Positions 1 through 9,103 of a DNA stretch of 64,000 nt are shown here, in pieces (positions within the stretch are counted from its first letter, which is position 1; each line of letters starts with the position of its first letter). Location: assembly GCA_965197475.1 (NCBI GenBank), contig CBDANF010000002.1:1056001-1120000 (forward strand), read 5' to 3'. Source of the stretch: Candidatus Poribacteria bacterium (GTDB lineage: Bacteria; Poribacteria; WGA-4E; WGA-3G). Made by a program: the position numbers and the translations under genes. The notes under the pieces are model-generated. The model was not told the origin of the DNA, did not search any database, and saw only the letters and a list, made by a program, of their open reading frames with translations.

Positions 1-1053
1 GGGTAAGGAAATATCGAAACGTGCGGAGCAACAGCATGACAAGTGGGGGAAACAGGAGAAAGGCACTCACGTGGCTGGTAAAGCCGCTACCTTGATGATA
101 CGCAGGTGAAAGAATAGACATTATAACTAATTAGTTGTCCGTTTGGTTAGTCTCTATTATACTTATTACAATCGGACAATAGGAGGCTAACTCATGATAA
201 GTTTTCAAGAACTAAAGGACAAACCTGATACGCTCCTGTCCCTCACCGGATATACCTTAGAAGATTGGACTGAACTATCACCTTATTTTACTAAATGTTT
301 TTTAGAGTATGTTCAAACACATACCCTTGCAGGAAAACCGCGCAAAAAACGGAGATATAAACCGTATAAAAATAGTCGTTTTGATACACCTGAAGATATG
401 TTGCTATTTATACTGATTTACCTTCGTGAAGCACCGAAACAAGTGCTATTCGGTGCGCTCTTTGGCATGTCTCAACCTCTTGCTAATAGATGGATTCACT
501 TGCTTTTATCGATATTGAACAAAGCATTAGCAGAACTTGGAGAGTTGCCATCTCGGGAAACAGACCCCGCACCTATATGTGCTCCATCAAAAGTATCAAC
601 TCAAAATCAAGAAGGAGAACATTTTTTTCATGATAGCACCGAACGCCCGATACGACGCCCCAAAGACCCGTCAACTCAAAAGGCGTATTATAGTGGTAAA
701 AAGAAATGCCATACAGTGAAAAATAATCTGATTATCAATGAGACCTGCAAAGTCGTCCTATTGACACCTTCTTTTGAAGGAAGACACCATGACAAACACA
801 TAGCCGATACGGTGGGCTATTGTGTGCCACAGGGTAGCACATTGTCCCAAGATACCGGTTTTCAGGGTTTCGTTCTCCCGGATATAAACATCATTCAACC
901 AAAGAAAAAACCGAGAGGTAGAGAACGGACGAATGAAGAAAAAGAAAACAATAGAAAGATAGCGTCTATACGCATACGCGTTGAACATGCGATTAGTGGT
1001 GTCAAAAGATGCCGCATTGTCAAAGATAAACTCAGGAATTGGAAGAAAGGGTT

Positions 1054-1146
1054 CGCTCATGTAAAAGGTGTGTGCGTTTGTTTTTTATGAAGGCAATGGC
1101 CACACAGAGTAAAAGTTTTCCTTAGCACTCATTCTTTACATGAGCC
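1054..1146 (-). mobile_element. MITE family A, copy 1 (ends GGCTCATGTA...TACATGAGCG)
   Basis: Reverse complement aligns with the copies at 2473-2565 and 36663-36756; terminal inverted repeats GCTCATGTAAA. Confidence 0.88.
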
Positions 1147-1168
1147 GCCGAACTTTGTGTACTCGTGT

Positions 1169-1939
1169 TCAGTCTAGAACTGTCTTAAGATGTCCCCACG
1201 TTATTGTTAACTTTCCTGTTGCTTCCACTGTCGCTTGAAATTGCGACGTGAGCCCTGCCATTATCTCGGTAAGCTCCGAAGAGTTCAATGCCGTGTTGTA
1301 GATAGCGACCTCATCGAGGGCACCTTTTAACCGTCCGTTCTTACCATCGGGTGCCTCCGCACCGATAAGCAGCGGAGCGTCGGTTATCGCAGGTTTTCCA
1401 GCAGCAGCCCTGGCATTAAATTGATCGCCATCAACGTAAGGGGTTAGATGCTCTTCGTCATACACACCGGCGACGAAGTGCCACTTATCATCGGTGACGT
1501 GTTTGCTGCCCACCTGAAAGTCTTCTCCATCGTTGGGCAACTTAAATCCAAAAGTCATCATGCCGGGACGGATCCACATCGCATAATTTCGATTTGGCCA
1601 ATTTTGTTTGGAAATGATTTTTTGGTATGGATCGACAATCGCAGGGACTTTTATCCATGCCGTTATTGTCCACTGCCTGAGATTCATGATATCCTCATGC
1701 GGCACGATAACATACCCACTATCAAATTCGAGGCCCGTACCAAATTTCCCTTCAGTCCACGCCACCTCACCTACAATTTCACCGTCATGTCCTTTACCTG
1801 ACGCATCTTTGACGATCTTACCGTTTCCTTCATCAAATAGCCATACCCCTACCACCTCAGCTGTGGTACTTTTAGTAAGTAACACCGAAATAGCAAAAAA
1901 GCTCACGAGGAGCATCAAAAACGTTAGTTTCCTTTTCAT
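1169..1939 (-). CDS. Secreted LamG/concanavalin-A-like jellyroll protein with C-terminal VExxGKLTxxW tag
   Basis: Signal peptide; WLFDEGNG, GKFGTGLEF, WHFVAGVYD, GALDEVAIYNTAL motifs; RBS AAGGAG. Confidence 0.88.
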   Translation of the reverse strand: MKRKLTFLMLLVSFFAISVLLTKSTTAEVVGVWLFDEGNGKIVKDASGKGHDGEIVGEVAWTEGKFGTGLEFDSGYVIVPHEDIMNLRQWTITAWIKVPAIVDPYQKIISKQNWPNRNYAMWIRPGMMTFGFKLPNDGEDFQVGSKHVTDDKWHFVAGVYDEEHLTPYVDGDQFNARAAAGKPAITDAPLLIGAEAPDGKNGRLKGALDEVAIYNTALNSSELTEIMAGLTSQFQATVEATGKLTITWGHLKTVLD

Positions 1940-1961
1940 GTTTTCTGTTTCTCCTTTTTGT

Positions 1962-2121
1962 TAGTTTTTACGCAGATGCGTTTGCATTTCTATAGATTTT
2001 TCGGATTTTCAAGGTTTTACCCTCCTTTATCTCCCTGCTTGCAAGGGGAAATTCTTTCTACATCCCACAAGCTAAAACGTGGGGATTTGACGGGAGGGTG
2101 TTAACTCCTGCGTAAGGAGTC
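1962..2121. mobile_element. Degenerate MITE family B (IS701-type TTACGCA...TGCGTAA ends) in the LamG 5' UTR
   Basis: Core ends match the TIR of the IS at 18789-19878 and the MITE at 40233-40372; internal hairpins; no clean target duplication. Confidence 0.5.
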
Positions 2122-2127
2122 ATATTA

Positions 2128-2197
2128 GAAAAAGAGGGTATTGGTTAAATAATGATGCGAGAATTAGCGGATACCCTCCAGAACCCGCTGCATCACC
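2128..2197 (-). ncRNA. Candidate structured cis-regulatory RNA leader, copy 1
   Basis: GUGAUGC/GCAUCAU stem, AGCGG/CCGCU stem, loop GAGGGUAU complementary to downstream AUACCCUC followed by U5; near-identical copy at 25127-25199. Confidence 0.55.
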
Positions 2198-2211
2198 TTT
2201 CAACTACAGTT

Positions 2212-2240
2212 ATGATAACACTTATGATTAAAATTGTCAA
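2212..2240 (-). promoter_or_regulatory. Sigma70-type promoter of the LamG gene
   Basis: TTGACA-17 bp-TATCAT with extended TG. Confidence 0.75.
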
Positions 2241-2268
2241 TAAAAAATCAGTCTGATTTTTTATTGAC
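2236..2268. repeat. Perfect 16-bp inverted repeat overlapping the -35 box
   Basis: GTCAATAAAAAATCAG-T-CTGATTTTTTATTGAC. Confidence 0.8.
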
Positions 2269-2327
2269 TTCTGCGCCTAAAACTTGTCCCCTCATTGAAA
2301 ACGAACTCGCTGCTATCGGAGGATACC

Positions 2328-2472
2328 ATGAAACATTGTCCAAGATGTCAACACACCCATTTCGTCAAAAACGGATGCGTCAACGCAAAGCAACGCTATA
2401 AATGTCCAAAATGCCAATATCAATGGACACGCACAACACCACGAGGGAAACCACAAGCACATAAAACCCTCA
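2328..2472 (+). pseudogene. IS1-family transposase N-terminal zinc-ribbon fragment, truncated by MITE A
   Basis: CPRCQ...VKNG...KQRYKCPKC motif typical of InsA; ends at the MITE boundary. Confidence 0.75.
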
Positions 2473-2565
2473 GGCTCATGTAAAGACTGTGTGCTAATGA
2501 AGATGTCAAACCCACGTGGTGACTGCCTTCGTTAGAAACAATCGCACATACTTTTTACATGAGCG
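2473..2565 (+). mobile_element. MITE family A, copy 2
   Basis: GGCTCATGTAAA...TTTACATGAGCG; aligns with copies 1 and 3. Confidence 0.88.
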
Positions 2566-2694
2566 AAAGGGTTTTGTGATTTAGTTATGGAAACTTGTTG
2601 TGGTTTACACAACTTCCGACTAAACTTTAGACCCTGGCGTTATGAAACTCCTGTTATTTAAATCATTATAATGTCTAATATGTATCCACCATTG

Positions 2695-2739
2695 CACCTG
2701 GGAGAATACTTGTGCAAGCGACAAGTATTCTCCCAGGTG
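2695..2739. terminator. 19-bp perfect hairpin, probable terminator
   Basis: CACCTGGGAGAATACTTGT-7 nt loop-ACAAGTATTCTCCCAGGTG followed by a T-rich tract. Confidence 0.55.
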
Positions 2740-3096
2740 TTATCTTTTTCTGGATTGCTGTATTTACATATCGGTTATTCACTGTTCAATCCCCACCATT
2801 TATCCCAAAATATGATTGCAGTATCTAATTTCTCTTTATCTATCATCAACATTATATGGGTAAACGTAAATATTATATCCTAAGTTTCGGTGAATGTCAA
2901 ATTTTTAAGTATTTTCACAATTTTTTAATTATACACGCGAATTTTGTTTTTGTCAAATTAAATTCTGATAAATTTGACAGTAAGTTTGTCAAAAACCGCG
3001 TAATCTGTGTAATCTGAGATTCAGACAAAAATAACGTGGTATAATTTACAGAATTCATGTAAAATCATAAGATACATCATAAGAAAGGGAACTAAA

Positions 3097-5013
3097 ATGA
3101 AACATTTCTTAACATGTGTCGGACTGCTGTTTATCACCACAGCAGTTTTCGCACAAGGATTAACTATAACATCAACAGATTATCGTGAAGACATGCTTTT
3201 ATCAAAAGAGCCTGTTATAACAGGGTTTGAAGGTTCGTCAACCGTTGTTGAATTTGAGACGTTAATTGATGCACCCGCTGCTATTGCATACTACGGTGTT
3301 CCGCATACGGAAGGCAACTTGACAACACCCCGATATCGTAAAAGTGCCATGGGAATGCACATTGAAGACAACAAAACACGACATCGTATTAAAATGGACA
3401 TCTCTAAACTTGAGGATGTGCATTACGATACAGGTTTGATTGCCGATAATGGTGGCAGCATAGTATACCGTATAGAGATTTTTGATTCACGTATACAAAC
3501 AACACGTGCTTATGACCGGCGTTTGCGCTACAAGCGTGAGGGTGAACCTATGACAGGTACTTACAAATCGCTTGTTACCCTGACGGAAGGACCATTTGTC
3601 GATCTTGTTACGCATGATTCTGCAGTAATTTCTTGGGAAACGGATATCCCTGTGAAAGGAACTGTTTTGTCGCATAATAGGGAATTTTTATCCTTGGATC
3701 CTGCAATCCGACATGAAGTCCGTATTACAAATCTAAAACCTGATACAGTCTATACCTATCAGGTAAATTTCAGCATCTATACGCCATCGTATACTTTCAA
3801 AACAGCACCTGAACCGGGAAAAAGAACCACCTTTAAGTTTGGATTTATGTCAGACTCACGTGCAGGCGTAGGTGGGGGCGAGCGCGCACAGAACGGTGTC
3901 AATGCCAAAGACCTTGGGCGTTTCGCTAATGAGCTCTATAACAAAAAAGCGGATTTTGTCTGTTTCGGTGGCGATCTCATCAACGGTTATACCTCTGATG
4001 TGCAGGATTTTGAATCTCAACTTAAAACATGGAAACGAACAATCCAACCTGTCGGTGCGAATATCCCTTTTTACGAATCCATAGGCAATCATGAGCAGGT
4101 TGGGTCATACTTTAAAGTCGAAGCACCGCATCTCAAGCAAGGCGAATACTACATCCAATTCACAGGCACAGTCGGTGCAGAAAGTGCCGAGGCAATTTTC
4201 GCAAAAGAATTTGTCAATCCTGGCGGAAGCAGTTATGGATTAGGCGTGCCAAAGCCGGAAGCAAAAGGCAGCAGTGATATGGGTGGTGCCGATACAGGAC
4301 CTTCCTATCATGAAAACGTTTACTCGTTCAATTACGGCAGGGTCCATTTCATATCTCTAAACACAAATTATTGGGCAACCGGTTATAGGAATTTAAGCAC
4401 GTTCGCTCAGAAATCGCAGGATAAAACCGCGATAAATCTTGCCCTTAAGCATCTCGGTGGCAACAGGGAAGGATATGTGATGGCAAATCAGATGGAATGG
4501 CTGGCAAATGAATTAGATGCTGCACAAAAAGACTCAAATGTAGATTGGATATTCATTATTCTTCATGAACCTCCCTTCCCGAACGGTGGGCATGTCAAAG
4601 ACGGAATGTATTGGGGAACTCCTGGCGAAGGTGAACTCGGTGGTTACAACAATCCTGATGTGCCGATGGGTGATGTGATTGATATGCGAAACAGATTTTG
4701 GAAAATCGTCTCAAGCAAGTCAAAAGTGTTAGGGGTGCTTTGTGGCGATGAACACAACTACAGTCGAACTTTAATTGATTCATCGGTGAATCCAGATTTC
4801 AAGTTTCCTGTGTGGCAGATTATAAGTGGTGGGTGTGGTGCGCCTTATTACGTTCAAGATAAGTCGGTGCCGTGGGTGGACAAAGTCAAAGCGTTCGCTA
4901 TTGATAAACACTTCTGCCTTTTTTCGGTTGAAGGTAAAAAAATCGGGTTGGAAGTCTATAATGACAGCAGTCAGTTGTTGGACAAAATTGGGAATTTAAC
5001 AACAATTCGGTAG
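3097..5013 (+). CDS. Secreted metallophosphoesterase (purple acid phosphatase-like, FN3-like + calcineurin-like domains)
   Basis: Signal peptide; HEVRITNLKPDTVYTY FN3-like segment; SDSR, GGDLING, GNHE, HEP, GDEH motifs; upstream of the pst operon. Confidence 0.85.
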   Translation: MKHFLTCVGLLFITTAVFAQGLTITSTDYREDMLLSKEPVITGFEGSSTVVEFETLIDAPAAIAYYGVPHTEGNLTTPRYRKSAMGMHIEDNKTRHRIKMDISKLEDVHYDTGLIADNGGSIVYRIEIFDSRIQTTRAYDRRLRYKREGEPMTGTYKSLVTLTEGPFVDLVTHDSAVISWETDIPVKGTVLSHNREFLSLDPAIRHEVRITNLKPDTVYTYQVNFSIYTPSYTFKTAPEPGKRTTFKFGFMSDSRAGVGGGERAQNGVNAKDLGRFANELYNKKADFVCFGGDLINGYTSDVQDFESQLKTWKRTIQPVGANIPFYESIGNHEQVGSYFKVEAPHLKQGEYYIQFTGTVGAESAEAIFAKEFVNPGGSSYGLGVPKPEAKGSSDMGGADTGPSYHENVYSFNYGRVHFISLNTNYWATGYRNLSTFAQKSQDKTAINLALKHLGGNREGYVMANQMEWLANELDAAQKDSNVDWIFIILHEPPFPNGGHVKDGMYWGTPGEGELGGYNNPDVPMGDVIDMRNRFWKIVSSKSKVLGVLCGDEHNYSRTLIDSSVNPDFKFPVWQIISGGCGAPYYVQDKSVPWVDKVKAFAIDKHFCLFSVEGKKIGLEVYNDSSQLLDKIGNLTTIR

Positions 5014-5098
5014 ATACGATTTTTTAGTCTATTTCATAACTCTGATAATGTTAGATGTCTTCCGTTCTTCTTAACCTTAGACTCCGGGACACTCGTAT

Positions 5099-5732
5099 AG
5101 TAGGGCGGGTCGCTGTACCCGCCCTTTGTTTCTTGGCAAGAAATGGTGAGGTGCCAAATCAACCCTCATGCGCGTATGACATTGGGCGAGACGCAGGGGC
5201 CCGCCCTACAAAGGATTTATGAGATATGCTCCAGTAATTAGGCTTAACTAACGTGAGTTTGATAATAAGTTCCAATGTAGATGTAGGTTGGATAGAACGC
5301 AGCGAAACCCAACAATTCAACCGTTTCGGTGTCAAAAGAGTTAAGTTTCACGTTGTTCTACCCATAGGTGTCAATTTAGTGTGCTATATGCAAAAAAGAT
5401 GCTGATTTGTGATGAAAGCAGCACCAGCGGTGCGGAATGTGTCCAGAAAACAGCCTCAAACAGTCTCTTGAACCCCGCCAAATGCCATACGCGCATTTGG
5501 CGTTGATTCGCGGGGCAGCATGCTGCATGAGGTGTCTGACAACATGTGCACATATACACCTTTCGCCCCTCTAGGGCATGAGTTTGGTAGGGGTCGCGTC
5601 TCTATACACCTGTCGCCCCTCTGGGGCTTAGATATCCAAAATATAGGTTTATTTCCTTAAGTTGACATCTATGGGTTTCACATTGGTCTACCCAACCTAC
5701 GGCATTTATCTCTAGTAATTAGGCTTAACTAA
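5099..5732. repeat. Nested mosaic of GTAG-type REP hairpins and small inverted-repeat elements
   Basis: GTAGGGCGGG..CCCGCCC and GTAGGTTGG..CCCAAC hairpins; inner element ATAGGTGTCAATTTA...TAAGTTGACATCTAT with CGCCCCTCT(A/G)GGGC units; direct repeat AGTAATTAGGCTTAACTAA at both ends. Confidence 0.7.
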
Positions 5733-5860
5733 ATAAACTAAAAATTTGCCTCATACTCGGAATTGAGATATGACATAATCTATTCTCAGTTTTGTCTAAT
5801 TTTCGTAACATTTGAGTGCTATAATTATAATATAGGATAGCATTGAACAAATGAGGTAAA

Positions 5861-6784
5861 TTGATGCACAAAAGAAGTTGGATCAGTTATGTTATTATAA
5901 GCATTCTTGTCTTTTCATCGTACGTTTTCGTCCTCCGTGGTTCATCTGATAAAGAGAAAGCAAACGGTGCTGATAAAGATGCAGGACAAGCCACTATCAA
6001 GAACAAAGGTTCTGATACAATGGTAAATCTGGCACAAGCTTGGGCTGAGGCATATTCTGGTATTTCAAGTTCTGTATCTGTTGATGTATCAGGAGGTGGT
6101 TCGGGAACCGGTGTTGCTGCGTTGATCAACGGCACTGTGGATATTGCGAACTGTAGCCGACAGGTAAAGGATAAGGAAAAGAAAGAAGCATTTGAAAACA
6201 CTGGTAAAGAACCGATTGAGTTTATTGTCGGATTTGATGCACTCGCTGTTTATGTGCACAGAGAAAATCCTTTAGACCGAATTACTATTCCACAACTTGC
6301 AGAAATCTATGGTGAAGATGGTGAAATAACAAAATGGGACCAACTCGGAATTGCAAATTCTGGATGTGGAAGTGACAGTATTATCCGAATCAGTCGGCAA
6401 TCAAACTCTGGAACTTACTTCTATTTCAGGGAAGCACTGCTTGGAAAATCGCGTGACTTTGAACTCGGTTCTTTAGATTTACACGGTTCTAAAGACGTGG
6501 TAGAAGTCATCGGACGTACCGTGTGTGCTATTGGCTATAGCGGTATGGGATATGCCACTGATCATGTAAAGATGTTAGAAATTGCAACAGTTTCCGATGA
6601 ACCTTATTTCGCACCAAATCTTCAGAATGTGATTGATAAAACATACCCAATAGCGCGTCCTTTGTATATGTATTCTCTTGGCGAACCAACGGGTGAAGCG
6701 CAAGCATATCTGGATTGGATCTTATCTCCCGAAGGACAGAAAATCGTTAAGGAACTCGGTTTTGTTCCTGTAGAAAGCAATTAA
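5861..6784 (+). CDS. pstS: Phosphate ABC transporter substrate-binding protein
   Basis: KGSDTM, GGGSGTG, DIANCSR, SRQSNSGTY, YPIARPLYMY motifs. Confidence 0.92.
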   Translation: MMHKRSWISYVIISILVFSSYVFVLRGSSDKEKANGADKDAGQATIKNKGSDTMVNLAQAWAEAYSGISSSVSVDVSGGGSGTGVAALINGTVDIANCSRQVKDKEKKEAFENTGKEPIEFIVGFDALAVYVHRENPLDRITIPQLAEIYGEDGEITKWDQLGIANSGCGSDSIIRISRQSNSGTYFYFREALLGKSRDFELGSLDLHGSKDVVEVIGRTVCAIGYSGMGYATDHVKMLEIATVSDEPYFAPNLQNVIDKTYPIARPLYMYSLGEPTGEAQAYLDWILSPEGQKIVKELGFVPVESN

Positions 6785-6800
6785 AGGATTTCAGCCATAG

Positions 6801-8069
6801 ATGAATTTTATACGTATTTGCTTTACGTTTTATGGGCGAATCAACAGAGCCGCTTGGTGGTTGTTGAATTTGCCAATATTTGCTATTTTTGCCATAACCC
6901 TAATTGTTCATAACTCTCCTTCTAAAATATCCTTTGAACTACTTCTGTTAATAGTACCGGCTTGGGTACATTTAGCAGTAAGTGCTAAACGGTGGCATGA
7001 CAAAGGCAAATCAGCATGGTGGCTTTTGTTTCATCTCATACCAATAATTGGGGTGATTAGTGTGCTGTCAGTTGAGATGTCGTCAGGATGGTGGATGCTT
7101 GTTCACCTCATTGCAATTATTAATGGACTCTGGACAGTCATAGAATTAGGATTTATTAAAGACGTGAAGGAAGACAATCAGTATGGACCGGATTCAGAGA
7201 CAACTTCCGAACCGATAATTGATCTGTACATTCGTTTATGTGGAATTAGTTCAATCTTATTTGTTTTTGGGATTTTCTTCTTCGTGTTTAAGGAAGGCGC
7301 AGGTTTCCTCTTTAATGGTTTAGATCTATGGGAGTTTTTGACAAGTGAAGAATGGTATCCTACATCTCTTGGTAACAAAAGGTATGGCACATTTGCTTTA
7401 ATTCTTGGAACATTTAGCGTAACAGCATTAGCGATGTTGATTGCAGTGCCGTTTGGTCTTGGCGCAGCAATCTTCGTATCGGAATTCTGCAGTCCAAAGT
7501 TGAGAGAGACCTTCAAAATTGTGATTGAATTCCTCGCAGCAATTCCGTCAGTTGTTTGGGGATTCATCGGTTTGACGTTAATAAATCAGTTGATTATTGA
7601 GGTATTTAATGCACCAATTGGCTTGACAATGCTAAACGGTGGTATCATGCTGGCGTTAATGAGTGTTCCGATAATTGTCTCTATAGCAGAGGACGCTCTG
7701 AAAGCAGTACCGGATTCTTACCGTGAAGCGGCAGAAGCACTTGGTGCTACTCGATGGCAGGTGATTTACCGTGTACTATTACCCGCAGCGAAAAATGGAT
7801 TGTTGGCAGCGGTTTTACTCGGTGCAGCACGATCTATCGGTGAAACGATGGCGGTTTTGATGGCAACAGGACACTCAGTCAACATTCCCAACAGTCCACT
7901 CTCTGGGATTCGCACACTCACAGCAACTATCGCTGCGGAATTGGGTGAAGTCGCAAAAGGCGGTGAACATTATCAAGTCCTATTTATCATCGGCATCCTA
8001 CTTTTTTCTATTACTTTCGTAGTAAACCTTATCGCTGACTTGGTTATCAAAGGTATTCGTCAGAGTTAG
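6801..8069 (+). CDS. pstC: Phosphate ABC permease PstC with N-terminal DUF805-like membrane domain
   Basis: C-terminal: AIPSVVWG, EAAEALGAT, RSIGETMAV. N-terminal: GRINR..WW, KRWHDKGKS.WW, ELGF...NQYGP. Confidence 0.9.
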   Translation: MNFIRICFTFYGRINRAAWWLLNLPIFAIFAITLIVHNSPSKISFELLLLIVPAWVHLAVSAKRWHDKGKSAWWLLFHLIPIIGVISVLSVEMSSGWWMLVHLIAIINGLWTVIELGFIKDVKEDNQYGPDSETTSEPIIDLYIRLCGISSILFVFGIFFFVFKEGAGFLFNGLDLWEFLTSEEWYPTSLGNKRYGTFALILGTFSVTALAMLIAVPFGLGAAIFVSEFCSPKLRETFKIVIEFLAAIPSVVWGFIGLTLINQLIIEVFNAPIGLTMLNGGIMLALMSVPIIVSIAEDALKAVPDSYREAAEALGATRWQVIYRVLLPAAKNGLLAAVLLGAARSIGETMAVLMATGHSVNIPNSPLSGIRTLTATIAAELGEVAKGGEHYQVLFIIGILLFSITFVVNLIADLVIKGIRQS

Positions 8070-8092
8070 TTCCTGCTACAATTAAGGAATGT

Positions 8093-9010
8093 ATGAATAG
8101 CAATACAGACATATCCGCAGAGAAAATGTTTACTGAAATGGCAGTTGGAAAACAGAGCAGGTTTATAGAGAATGGGTTCAAAATATTTTTTCTAATTATG
8201 ACCTGTCTAATGATTCTGCCGCTGCTTCTAATTGTAGGATATCTTCTCTATAAAGCACTGCCAGTGTTATCTTTTGATTTTCTATTTACGAATCCGAAGG
8301 ATAACATGCGTGCAGGTGGATTGTGGGCACCGTTCCTCGGAACAATATATCTTGTGGTGGTTTCGTTGTTGGTAGCAGCACCGATTGGTGTATTCGCATC
8401 GGTGTATCTTAACGAGTATGCCCGTAATAATTGGTTCACACGAATCGTAAACTTAGCAGTCGTGAACCTGGCTGGTGTGCCAAGTATTGTACATGCGCTG
8501 TTCGGTGTTGGGGCATTTGTGCTGTTTGCCGGTTTAGGGGAGTCAATTTTGGCAGCTTCGCTTACATTGGCAATTATGACGTTACCCGTTATTATCGCGA
8601 GTACGACTGAGGCACTCAAAGCGGTGCCGATGTCTTTCCGTGAAGCATGTTGGAATATGGGTGCCACACGCTGGCAAACGATCCGCCGGATTGTGCTACC
8701 AAACTCAATTAGCGGTATTTTAACAGGTGTTATTTTACAGGTGTCTCGTGCAGCAGGCGAAACAGCACCGATTATGTTTACTGGGGCAGTATTCTATAAA
8801 TCTGTTGCAGAAGGAAACATTTTTGTATATAATATAACAGACCAGTGTATGGCACTTTCGTTGCACCTCTATACGATTTCGACACAGGTGCCGGACGTGA
8901 CGGAAGGTATACCTTACGGGACAGCAATTGTGTTGGTGGGAAGTGTGCTTCTTGTTAATGCTGCGGCAATTATTCTACGGGTATATCTTAGAACGCGAAA
9001 AAGGTGGTAG
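8093..9010 (+). CDS. pstA: Phosphate ABC permease PstA
   Basis: NLAGVPSIV, EACWNMGATRWQT, SRAAGETAP. Confidence 0.92.
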   Translation: MNSNTDISAEKMFTEMAVGKQSRFIENGFKIFFLIMTCLMILPLLLIVGYLLYKALPVLSFDFLFTNPKDNMRAGGLWAPFLGTIYLVVVSLLVAAPIGVFASVYLNEYARNNWFTRIVNLAVVNLAGVPSIVHALFGVGAFVLFAGLGESILAASLTLAIMTLPVIIASTTEALKAVPMSFREACWNMGATRWQTIRRIVLPNSISGILTGVILQVSRAAGETAPIMFTGAVFYKSVAEGNIFVYNITDQCMALSLHLYTISTQVPDVTEGIPYGTAIVLVGSVLLVNAAAIILRVYLRTRKRW

Positions 9011-9103
9011 CTTCTCGGAATGGGAAGGTTTGAGGTGCTAGTTACTGGTAAACTCATTTTCTTACTGAGTTTTGCTATCTCGCCCAAAAGGCGTTAAAAT
9101 AGG

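Larger units (their letters stand above)
1054..2565. mobile_element. MITE-bounded composite transposon carrying a LamG gene
   Basis: Two inverted ~93-bp MITE copies at the ends; identical 8-bp flanks AAAGGGTT at 1046-1053 and 2566-2573; host transposase continuous across the insert. Confidence 0.9.
194..2661 (+). pseudogene. IS5/ISL2-like DDE transposase split by insertion (194-1053 joined to 2574-2661)
   Basis: Motifs HDSTERPIRRP, YYSGKKKCHTVK, QDTGFQG, RIRVEHAISGVKR. The frame resumes after the insert as KGFCDLVMETCCGLHNFRLNFRPWRYETPVI*, the expected C-terminus for this family. Confidence 0.88.
115..2677 (+). mobile_element. IS5-family (ISL2-like) insertion sequence, interrupted by a nested composite transposon
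   Basis: Terminal inverted repeats TAGACATTATAA (115-126) / TTATAATGTCTA (2666-2677), where the outer TA may be the target duplication. They enclose a DDE_Tnp_4-type transposase. Confidence 0.8.

Noticed and set aside
1-114. Possible 3' end of a gene entering the window
   Set aside because: Too short to assign a frame or product.
2128-2197. Assignment of the leader to HDV-like, pistol, fluoride, preQ1, ZTP or c-di-GMP RNAs
   Set aside because: Stem order and conserved nucleotides do not match these families as I recall them; left unassigned pending a covariance search.
5760-5830. PHO-box-like direct repeats upstream of pstS
   Set aside because: Only isolated TGACAT/TAACAT words; no convincing 11-bp periodicity.
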